DNA from: a virus
Lineage: Duplodnaviria > Caudoviricetes
DNA length: 64,000 nt
IMG/VR virus record: IMGVR_UViG_3300009619_000001
Span: 673-64,672 of that record
Strand: one strand, 5' to 3'
Shown: positions 35,078 through 44,000 of the stretch, one piece after another
How positions within the stretch are numbered: position 1 is the stretch's first letter
How the letters are laid out: each line of letters starts with the position of its first letter
Notes under the pieces: generated by a model
What the model was told of the DNA's origin: nothing
Databases searched by the model: none
Seen by the model: only the letters and a program-made list of their open reading frames with translations
Program-made: the position numbers and the translations under genes

Positions 35078-35345
35078 AAAGTTTTTCTTTAATTAGCTTG
35101 ATGTCGTCTTTTATCTCAGTAACATCTTCTTGTGTAGACATAATAGTTTGTCTAATAAGCTGATCCTTCATATCAAACTCTATCCTTGTAATTTCAGGAT
35201 CTAAAGGGGCTGGTAATTCTTTTGCTTCTGCAATATCAGCTTGCAAGCTAAACCACATCCCAGCCATTGTAAAAAGTAATACTGCTATTGTTCCGAGAAG
35301 CTCAAGGCTTACACTAAAACTTGTATCTTTATTTAAATCTTTCAT
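35070..35345 (-). CDS. Single-TM coiled-coil protein in lysis cassette
   Basis: LLGTIAVLLFTMAGMWFSLQADIAE, similar to AGIWFTLTASIAQ of 34304..34648. Confidence 0.6.
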   Translation of the reverse strand: MKDLNKDTSFSVSLELLGTIAVLLFTMAGMWFSLQADIAEAKELPAPLDPEITRIEFDMKDQLIRQTIMSTQEDVTEIKDDIKLIKEKLYE

Positions 35346-35364
35346 AGTACATTAAAATATACGA

Positions 35365-35372
35365 CAAATATA
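35365..35372 (-). promoter_or_regulatory. Bacteroidota -7 promoter element TATATTTG for the lysis cassette
   Basis: Intergenic, about 20 nt upstream of the ATG at 35345. Confidence 0.7.
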
Positions 35373-35585
35373 GCAAACCTTTATCAATTTTGATGCATTA
35401 CCATTTATTTTTTGGGCAAGTAGTATTTAAAGATTTTGATTTAAGATTAATACTGCATCCACATAAAGAGCAAAACCTTCCTTTTTTGTGTTTGCAAGAA
35501 TTACATATTAATAATCTTTTTTTAGATATTATTTTGCTTTTCTTACTAGGAAAGTAATAGCTTTTAAGCCCACTTAATATTTCTA

Positions 35586-35753
35586 TTATTTTTTTAATTT
35601 TATAAATCTCTTGTCTTTATTCCACATTTCTTGAATTATTTTATCACCCAAATCTGGCTCATCTTTTAGATCTATTTTGTCGCAAATACATTTATTTTTT
35701 GAGCAACACCACTCGTGATTTAATCTTTTAAGATTTTTTAATAAATCTTTCAT
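35586..35753 (-). CDS. Small Cys-rich hypothetical protein (55 aa)
   Basis: Manual translation MKDLLKNLKRLNHEWCCSKNKCICDK...; TAATG-coupled to the upstream gene. Confidence 0.4.
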   Translation of the reverse strand: MKDLLKNLKRLNHEWCCSKNKCICDKIDLKDEPDLGDKIIQEMWNKDKRFIKLKK

Positions 35754-36115
35754 TAATAATCATTATTTAATTTAAATTTTCCATACATCCAAGTTTTAAC
35801 ATCATCACCTTTAGTTAAAACTAATTTATGACTATAAGATCCAGGAAGTATAGATAAATCAGTTGGACTTAATTTTATAGTTATTCTTCCTGTTGCATCT
35901 AAGGATGAACTACCGCTAAAAGTTGTAATTCCTGATCCATTTGTTTTAACAATATGATCCGTATTATCACTAAATATTTTAAAATCTACAGTATAACTAG
36001 TTAAGTTAAAAGGAGAGCCAGAAGAGTCTGTGATTACAAGATTAATAGTTGAAGAGTTATTTTCTCTAGCAATTATATCTATTTTTTGTGCAATGTCTGT
36101 GTTTATTGTTGCCAT
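35753..36115 (-). CDS. Tail fibre adaptor/hub protein (BppU-N-like), paralog 1
   Basis: DIAQKIDIIARENNS...TWMYGKFKL; similar to 38943 and 51242. Confidence 0.6.
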   Translation of the reverse strand: MATINTDIAQKIDIIARENNSSTINLVITDSSGSPFNLTSYTVDFKIFSDNTDHIVKTNGSGITTFSGSSSLDATGRITIKLSPTDLSILPGSYSHKLVLTKGDDVKTWMYGKFKLNNDY

Positions 36116-36117
36116 AA

Positions 36118-38943
36118 TTACGTTAATTCACCTGATGTTGTTCTACCCATTTGTGTATAATCAAATTCTAATACTGCAGTCACATGGTATGTTTGAGTAC
36201 CACCTGAATCTGCTCCGTCTTGTATACTAATTAATACCAAGTCCCCAGCTTGAAAATGTTCTGCTGTGTCAAAATAAAAAGCAAATACCTCAAAATCGTC
36301 ATAGTTAGTAACAGTAACAGCTTCTGCTTCTTGTTGAGATTGACTTTGCATATACCCTGCGTTCTGCGAATAAACCCTTATAGTCATACTGCTATTAACT
36401 GTTCTATTACCTACTCTTACATAAACACACACTACTCTTCCGTTGGCTGGTGTTAAGTAGTTAGTGTCCTGAAAATCGGAATTTGTACCGCTAGAGTTTT
36501 CATGTTGGTCTCTCCACGAAAGATAATGCTGGGTTGTACCTATATCATCTACAAAACTTAAATTAAATTGTTGTTTAACTTTATTTTCCGTAATAACTTT
36601 TTTACCTTCAATAGTAACTTCCCCTGCTGCAGACCTTGCTATAGTTGTATCAGTTGCGTGTCCAAGCTCTATATTCGTTGTAATGTTTAAGTTACCAGAA
36701 ACAGTAGTCAAAGAGCTAGAGCCATTACCTATTGTAACATCAACCTCATCTTCAGCATCGCCATCTTCAATTTTAAAACCTGTCACCATTTCGCCGTCAT
36801 GGGAGGCAACTTGAAGTCGAATTTGTCCTCCTTCATTGCCTGAAGATGTTTCTTCAGTTAACCCTAATATTCTAGCGTATACAGTTTCGCTTCCACCAGA
36901 ATCTTTAGCATTAAAATCAAATCTACCTATGTCAGAATTATCTGAATTAACAGCGCTTCGAAAAAACTCAAACACTGGCGCGCCGTGAGTTGCAGTCTGC
37001 GTATTTTGCTGTAAAGTAATAGCAGGTTGACCTAACTGACTACCATACATAGTCATTACACCGCTTTCGTCTATTACAATTATATCGTCATCTCCTCCTG
37101 AACCACCTCGTTGTATTTTTAAGTCTCTATTATTATTGTTATTACCATCAATAATAAGATTTATATCGTTTTGACTTCTTATGTTAATGTCGCCATCAGT
37201 GCCGTTACTCCATAATTGATTTGTATATATAGTGCTAGAAGTTTCCAAGCTACCAGTTAAGGTTGTAGTACCTGTTCCAAAAGTTAGAACAGAAGCTGAA
37301 CTAGTACCCTTAATTTGATTGCCTTTTACCGTTAAGTCTCCTTCAATAACTAAATCTCCACTTTGATTTAAATTAGCTATTTCTGTAAAAGTGCCATATG
37401 CACCAGCATCTCTAAAAGAAAATGATTGAGCAGTTTCATTATTATCTAAATCTAGAGTAAACTGTATATTACCACCAGCCGTTAATGCAAAGTCTCCGTT
37501 ATCATACCCTGATATAAGATTAGTAAATAATCCTAAAGGTGTTGTTACAACATCAGAAACGCTAGATAATATTACGTTTCCGCTAGACCCTTTTATAACG
37601 TCATCATCAATTTTAAGGTCTCCGTCTATTGTAATATTACCAGCGGCTGCTATAGCCGTGCTTAAGTTTACTGACTGCGATAGATTAAGAGCGTTTCCTA
37701 AAAATATATTACCTTCAGTTAAAGCAGAATCATTTGTAGCTCCCGTCTGTACGCCGTCTAGTTTTGTGTGGTCAGCATCTGTAAATACATTTGAGTCTGA
37801 TGCACTTTCTACTAAAGTTCTAATTTCACTCGCAGTTTGGTCTGCTGTAGCATTGCTTTCTATTCCATCTAGCTTTGTTTTGTCACCATCTACAAAAGCC
37901 CCTTCGCTTGGTGGCTGCTGCGCTGAATCAGCTAGCAATCCTTGAGCTGCTGTTGCATAGTCTGAAGAGCTAAAAGATTTTACTTGATCAAGATTAGTAA
38001 CCTCAAAATCCATAAGGGCTCCAGAGGCTTGCACATTAGTTGAATCGGTAACATCTGCATTAGTTTCAACACCATCTACTTTTGTTTTAATAGCGTCTAA
38101 ATCTACATCATTACTTACCGATATGTGTTCAACTTTACTTTGATCTTGTAAAGAATAGCTTAATTTTGACGAATTGTTATTTATTTTAGATATTATATCT
38201 ACATCATTATAAAGACCTCTAACGTATAAATTACCAGCTTGTGTTATTCTTAAGTTATTATCTTCTGTAGTGTTTTGTATTATTAATTCGTCATGACTTT
38301 TTATATGAACGCTATCATCTGAAGGTCCTTCTATTAAGGAGGGGCTAGAACCAGAAAGTTCTAAATGGTTTACAGTAACAGTTCCCTGAAGAGTAACATC
38401 ATTTTCAATCACGTCACCATCTACAGAGTTATCTGTTAACTTAACTCTAGTAATAGTATTATTTTCTAGTTGAGCTCCTTGCAATGAGTTATCTTGAACT
38501 TCATTAGCTGTAATTAAATCACTAGATAATAAAGATCTAGTTATTGAACCGTCTTCTATTAAGTCAGCGTTAATGCTGTTGTTTTGAATTTTATCAGATC
38601 CAATACTATTATCTTGAAGTTTAGAGGGGTTTATAGTTCCTTCTTGAAGTAAAGATCCACTTATAGAGTTTGAATCAAATAAAGAGCCAGTTAAAGATCC
38701 ATTTTGTATTTTACTAGCGTCAATAGCATCTTCTGCTATCATAGATCTTGTTACTGTTTCATTACCAGATATGCTACCTTCAGCTCCTTGCTCTCCAGTA
38801 GGTCCTTGCTCTCCAGTAGTAACAAAATTAATTACAGGATTTACATCTGCAGTTCCTGACACTAACCCACCGTCAATAACCTTTATATTTACAGTTGGAT
38901 CATCCTGAGTTTGTAAGGTAATATTTGTAGTTGAATTACTCAC
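36118..38943 (-). CDS. Tail fibre protein
   Basis: 941 aa; short collagen-like GEQGPTGEQG, about ten 10-residue I..gSI...kl repeats, DKTKLDGIE/DHTKLDGV trimeric repeats, beta-rich C-terminal half. Confidence 0.8.
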   Translation of the reverse strand: MSNSTTNITLQTQDDPTVNIKVIDGGLVSGTADVNPVINFVTTGEQGPTGEQGAEGSISGNETVTRSMIAEDAIDASKIQNGSLTGSLFDSNSISGSLLQEGTINPSKLQDNSIGSDKIQNNSINADLIEDGSITRSLLSSDLITANEVQDNSLQGAQLENNTITRVKLTDNSVDGDVIENDVTLQGTVTVNHLELSGSSPSLIEGPSDDSVHIKSHDELIIQNTTEDNNLRITQAGNLYVRGLYNDVDIISKINNNSSKLSYSLQDQSKVEHISVSNDVDLDAIKTKVDGVETNADVTDSTNVQASGALMDFEVTNLDQVKSFSSSDYATAAQGLLADSAQQPPSEGAFVDGDKTKLDGIESNATADQTASEIRTLVESASDSNVFTDADHTKLDGVQTGATNDSALTEGNIFLGNALNLSQSVNLSTAIAAAGNITIDGDLKIDDDVIKGSSGNVILSSVSDVVTTPLGLFTNLISGYDNGDFALTAGGNIQFTLDLDNNETAQSFSFRDAGAYGTFTEIANLNQSGDLVIEGDLTVKGNQIKGTSSASVLTFGTGTTTLTGSLETSSTIYTNQLWSNGTDGDINIRSQNDINLIIDGNNNNNRDLKIQRGGSGGDDDIIVIDESGVMTMYGSQLGQPAITLQQNTQTATHGAPVFEFFRSAVNSDNSDIGRFDFNAKDSGGSETVYARILGLTEETSSGNEGGQIRLQVASHDGEMVTGFKIEDGDAEDEVDVTIGNGSSSLTTVSGNLNITTNIELGHATDTTIARSAAGEVTIEGKKVITENKVKQQFNLSFVDDIGTTQHYLSWRDQHENSSGTNSDFQDTNYLTPANGRVVCVYVRVGNRTVNSSMTIRVYSQNAGYMQSQSQQEAEAVTVTNYDDFEVFAFYFDTAEHFQAGDLVLISIQDGADSGGTQTYHVTAVLEFDYTQMGRTTSGELT

Positions 38944-39341
38944 TATATATCTACAACTTTAAATTTACCAATCATTATTGTGTTAGTTTCATTGTCTCCA
39001 TCATGCCAAACATATAGCTTGTATTTATAAGATCCACTTCTTATGCCCATGTGGCTTGCATTTACTTTTATCTCTATTTCAGAAGTGCTAGCATTTACAG
39101 TTATTGTATCATTTACATAAGGATCTAAGGCGTCTGTTTCCGAAGTAAAAGATAAAATATTAACGTCATTAGCATCATAAATGTTTAACCTAGCTTTATA
39201 ATTTTCACTATTACTTATACCAGTTAAATTATAAGCTGATCCGTCTTGTTTTGTTAATGTGCTTTTTAAATAAAAAGAATCGTTTCGCCTGCAAGTAATG
39301 TCTACAACACTTGCAATATCTGTAGATATTTTAGTTGCCAT
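38943..39341 (-). CDS. Tail fibre adaptor/hub protein, paralog 2
   Basis: DIASVVDITCRRNDSF...GSYKYKL...TIMIGKFKV. Confidence 0.6.
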   Translation of the reverse strand: MATKISTDIASVVDITCRRNDSFYLKSTLTKQDGSAYNLTGISNSENYKARLNIYDANDVNILSFTSETDALDPYVNDTITVNASTSEIEIKVNASHMGIRSGSYKYKLYVWHDGDNETNTIMIGKFKVVDI

Positions 39342-39354
39342 TATAATATATTTT

Positions 39355-39366
39355 TTGTAAAGATAC
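39355..39366 (-). promoter_or_regulatory. Near-consensus -7 element (TATCTTTA) upstream of adaptor paralog 2
   Basis: Intergenic, one mismatch to TAnnTTTG, spacing to ATG similar to the other promoters. Confidence 0.35.
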
Positions 39367-39370
39367 TAAA

Positions 39371-40330
39371 TTAATAAATATTATCGTAGTTGTAAAAAAT
39401 GATCCTTATTTGATAATAAAATCCTGGCTTTAAATCTCCAACACCATTAAAGCCCCATTGTGGGAGGTATGCTTTACCATTTATATCTTTTAATATTATT
39501 AATGGATAATAATTGTAACCATAAGAATCTACCCCAGCAACGACATTAGACTTTTCGTTATGTTGTTTAAAAAACTCAATAGGATCTAACGCTGTCAATG
39601 ATGGTATTCCAAAATTATACCAGTTAGCTTTTTCAAGTTCTATATTTCTTGACGCCATTATTTCCCACTTAAAGTCGTTAAATTGTTCAACTTTTTCATA
39701 AGGAACCCCAGATACTTTGTAATGAAATCCTTTTTTAGTTCTTATTTGATAACTTTGTCCGTGAGACATTGATCCTATTCCGTCAAAATCATATTCAGGA
39801 ATATACACTTTTCCTTCAACATTTTTAACTATAACAATATTATCTAAGTATGCTTCTTTGTCTTTATAAAACCAAGGAATTTCATCATCGTAATTTTCAT
39901 AACAAATATGCGCAAGAAAATTACTAATAGTAGAATTTCTAAAATTTACTTCACCAATGTTTTCGTACTTAATAAATATTCTAGTTATATCTAAAGGACA
40001 GCTAAATCCATCGTTTCCAGCATCTATTTTTCTATAGAAATTTTCATAACTAATTGCACCAACTCCAGGTATGTTTCCGTATAAGTTTTCAGAAACAAAA
40101 GTATTAGATAGATTTACAGACTCTTTTAATGAAATTATAGGATTAACTTTATTTTGCATATTAAAGTCTGCTACCTTAAAGTCAAGCTCTTCTATTTTTT
40201 TATGTAACAAATCTACTTTAAAACCCTCTTTACTTTTAATGTCCTCATTAATAGAGTCTTTTGATTTGTTATTTTTTACTAAGTTTTTTACTAAACTTTT
40301 TAAACCTAATGATTTAGTTGTAAATTTCAT
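39371..40330 (-). CDS. Fibre-associated protein with two copies of a K..G..Y.P...F.G.G domain
   Basis: IVKNVEGKVYIPEYDFDGIGSMSHGQSYQI and ILKDINGKAYLPQWGFNGVGDLKPGFYYQI. Confidence 0.65.
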   Translation of the reverse strand: MKFTTKSLGLKSLVKNLVKNNKSKDSINEDIKSKEGFKVDLLHKKIEELDFKVADFNMQNKVNPIISLKESVNLSNTFVSENLYGNIPGVGAISYENFYRKIDAGNDGFSCPLDITRIFIKYENIGEVNFRNSTISNFLAHICYENYDDEIPWFYKDKEAYLDNIVIVKNVEGKVYIPEYDFDGIGSMSHGQSYQIRTKKGFHYKVSGVPYEKVEQFNDFKWEIMASRNIELEKANWYNFGIPSLTALDPIEFFKQHNEKSNVVAGVDSYGYNYYPLIILKDINGKAYLPQWGFNGVGDLKPGFYYQIRIIFYNYDNIY

Positions 40331-41057
40331 GCCTATAATCTTTTGTATCCTCAGGTGAAATGTTTATGTTTTCAACTACATGTTCAATATTTACTTGCGC
40401 AGTACTTCCGCTTGGTAACCCTAAATTAATTAAGTATTCTTTATTGTAAAATGTATTATAATAATAACAATATATTTCATCATTAACTGAATACCCAGTA
40501 GTTTCTGTAACAGTATTATCATCAATAGGTATACTTAACGAAAAAGAAACATGAAATTGAATATGATTTTTTGCATTAGAACTTTTAGTTTTGCAAATAA
40601 CATCACCGTTTGAATTTTTAAATACAATTATAAAATCTTCTGTATAATCTAGCTTTGATATTTCATTATTCAATCTTAATAATAAAGAGTCATAATCATT
40701 AATATTATCACGCAAAGCACCTATAAAAAATAAATTGTAAAAATAATTTAAGCTATTGTTATTTATAGCGTTCAAAGCAGTTTCGTCAGAATGATCTTTG
40801 ATAATATTTAAAAAAGATATTTTAACTTTAGTTTTATCAATGCTTTCTGGTAAGTTAGTAAAAAAATAATAAAATGAATCATTAAAAATAATTTCAAAAT
40901 TAGATTCAGAAACAAAATCTTCCTCCATGTTTAAAACTGCTAAATCATTTGATTTAGATGTAGAAATACCCTCAGGCATATAAGGTCTAAGATTACGTTC
41001 ATAAAAACTATTTTTAAACTTTTCTGGTATATTTCTATTTAATCTTTTTAAATACAT
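40314..41057 (-). CDS. Hypothetical protein (very AT-rich), fibre module
   Basis: 247 aa, N/I/F-rich. Confidence 0.55.
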   Translation of the reverse strand: MYLKRLNRNIPEKFKNSFYERNLRPYMPEGISTSKSNDLAVLNMEEDFVSESNFEIIFNDSFYYFFTNLPESIDKTKVKISFLNIIKDHSDETALNAINNNSLNYFYNLFFIGALRDNINDYDSLLLRLNNEISKLDYTEDFIIVFKNSNGDVICKTKSSNAKNHIQFHVSFSLSIPIDDNTVTETTGYSVNDEIYCYYYNTFYNKEYLINLGLPSGSTAQVNIEHVVENINISPEDTKDYRHEIYN

Positions 41058-41058
41058 A

Positions 41059-44000
41059 TTAAGATATTATAAGCTCATAAGTGCTATGAGTGTTTTTCAT
41101 TTTTACTTGATAACTCTGTCCTGGTTCTAAATCTCCAACACCATTAAAACCCCATTCAGGTAAGTAAGCTTGACCATGGTAGTCTTTAAGAATTATAAGG
41201 TCAGAAACTAAGTCCTCAAATACTAAAACCGCATCTCTAGACGACTCTATTGGCCAATTAATCAGATTCCATCCACTAGTTAATTTTAAAACAAAACGCT
41301 CACTAAAAATATCTCCTTTTCCTGTTTCTACTACATCTCCGTGAGGCTTGCTTACAAAAACTATTTCACTACCTCCAGATCTCCAATTTGGATCAGGTAA
41401 ATATATTGGAAAATTTGCAACTGCTTGACTATCATATTTATAAGGAAAATAATTACTACTCCAACTAAATTCTCCTCCTTCTAAAAATTCATCTATTCTA
41501 TAATTAGAAATTTGATGCTCGTTATTTATATTATATTCCCTCCATGAGTAAGGATGTCCTACAAGTTTATAAACAAATCTACCATTAACATATTGATAAC
41601 GTTCATGCGGTCTGCTAAATAAATACTCTCTAGTACTTAAAGGATAATAATGCCCTGATTTTCCTTCAATAAATTCACGAGTTTCACTATATTGACTCAT
41701 TTGTAATGAATCATCCGAAACAATAACCCTACCATCGCTGTTTACTGATATATTACCTTCACCATGTAATAATTCCAGCTCTTTAATTTTTTTCTCGTCT
41801 GGACTCCAGTTGTATGTATAAATAAGGCCTTCAACCTCAACTTGAAGCTCGCTAGCTGTAGAATTAGTACCATTATGACTTATAAGGTTTATAGATGGTT
41901 GACCAATAGGTTCTACATTTTGCATTTTAACATGAAGCCCTTCGTGAGGACTAATAGGCCCTATACCATCAAAATCCCATTCTGGAAGATATGCCTCACC
42001 TTGATTATTTTTAACTATTATTAATTGATCGTTATCAAATAATTTTTCAAGTAAATATCTAGTATTAAAAGTAGTGTATGTTTCTCCAAAATCAGTTACT
42101 GTAACCTTGTTTTCTTCAACATCTTCTAAATAATGCCATCCCCCACTTGTATCAGTAATTTTTATAGATAACACCTCTGAAAAATCCAAAGGAAAACCTT
42201 TCATATTCCACCCATTTCGGAATCTAACAAATCTTTCAACTACGGGAATTACATCTCCAGTACCGCTAGGAACTTCATCTATAAGGCTTGGAATAGTTAC
42301 GGTGTACTCTCTGTAAGGATCAAGACCTTCTACTGTTGGTATAATATAAGTCCAAGGAACTTCATCTCCCTCAACATCTGCTATTGCAACTTCACTATCT
42401 AAACTAAAAGCCTTAATTAAAAATGGCTTTCTATCTTCATTTAAACTTTCATAAACGTCATTCCATACAACCTCTTCGTTTCCGCTAGAGTTTTCTCGTT
42501 TATATGATTTAAAAAGTATTTTATCATAATTTACAAATTTTTTATCAACTCTTCTTCTTAAGGCTACATCATAAATTTTATTTGGATTAGTACTTAAAGT
42601 CCCTATTGCACTTCCTTGTCCGTCATAAAGTTTACATCCGTAATAGTTTGTAAAATTTCTAAGATCATATTCTGTAGGGTATCTAACTGGTCTAACATAA
42701 GCTTTTGTGTTGTTTTCTGCTACAGGAACCGAATAAGGCCAAAAACTACCAGAACCAAATGTCTCACTTAAATAATCATAATCTCTTTCCATGTGAAAAA
42801 GTAAAGGCTGCCTTTTTCCGCTAGGATTAGTAATCGGGTGATAAGTATCGTAAAAAGTTGAAGTGTAATAGTTAGATCTTTGGAAATTTCCTGGATTGTA
42901 ATATCTATCAATAGCTTGAATTGTAATTCTACACTCAAGTATTGCATCTCCACCACCCATAAGACCTGTTCCGCCACAGCTATTTGTTGAGGTTATAATA
43001 AATCTAATTTCATTTGTATCCTCATCTTTGTACCAAGCGTATCTATTTGTTGCGTGTTGAGCACCATTTTTAAAATGATTTACGTCACTTCTATTGTTTA
43101 ATAATGTACTTGAGTATGAGTTACCAATTGGGTTAGGACTATCTGGGTGCGTTCCTGTATTTATTGTATTGCCTAGCCCATCTCCATTCCAAAAATCAAT
43201 AATGTCATCATAGTCTTGAGTAGCAGTATATGTTCTATCTAAATAATAAAATCTATTTTCACACTCTCTTTGCTCGCTACCTGTCGCTCCGCTACTAAGC
43301 CATCCCCAAAATTGAGTAAAAACATTAGTATATTCAGCTCTTTCGTGCCACAACTCAAGCCTCATTGTGTACCCTTCTTTAATAGGTATAGATCTGTAGT
43401 AGTTTTGATCTTGATATTTCTCACTAAGACCTTCATACTCCATTGTTACAAATGCGTATGAATTATCTTTTTTACTTTCTTTTTTTTTGCCAGGATTTAT
43501 TATTGTATAATATTCATTTAGTTCGCCTTCATTATTTTCATATTCTTGAATACCAACAGCTTTCTTTACCGCAACCATTTCATTCCAACTAGGAATAAAC
43601 CAATCATCTTTACCATCGGAAGAATAATTTAAAGCTGCTTGAGCAGCGTAATGAGGATTATTATATACTTCAGCTAAACCTAAAGTGTTATCGTATCCAC
43701 TAAAAATTAAAGAAGAATTTGATCCTTCGTATTTACTTAAAAAATCTAAATCTTTATTTCTTTTAATTTCATCTGTTTCATCCCAAATTAAATTGTAACT
43801 ATTAACTGCTTCATCTAAACCGCCATCAACTTTACTAATTCTATAGATTACATAATCTACATCCCATTGCGTCTCTATACCACTTACGTTAGATATAGTG
43901 CCTTGAGCATTACTTATCCTATCACCAGCTTTAAGCCAGACAGGATCTAAATCGTTTTCAAGTTCAACAGTAAATGAATAAGCATTGCGATCAAACCCAT

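Noticed and set aside
39431-41148. 21-bp identical sequence in two fibre genes as a DGR template/variable repeat pair
   Set aside because: Flanking differences are synonymous or at non-adenine positions, both copies are coding, and no reverse transcriptase is in the window. Paralogous domains explain it.
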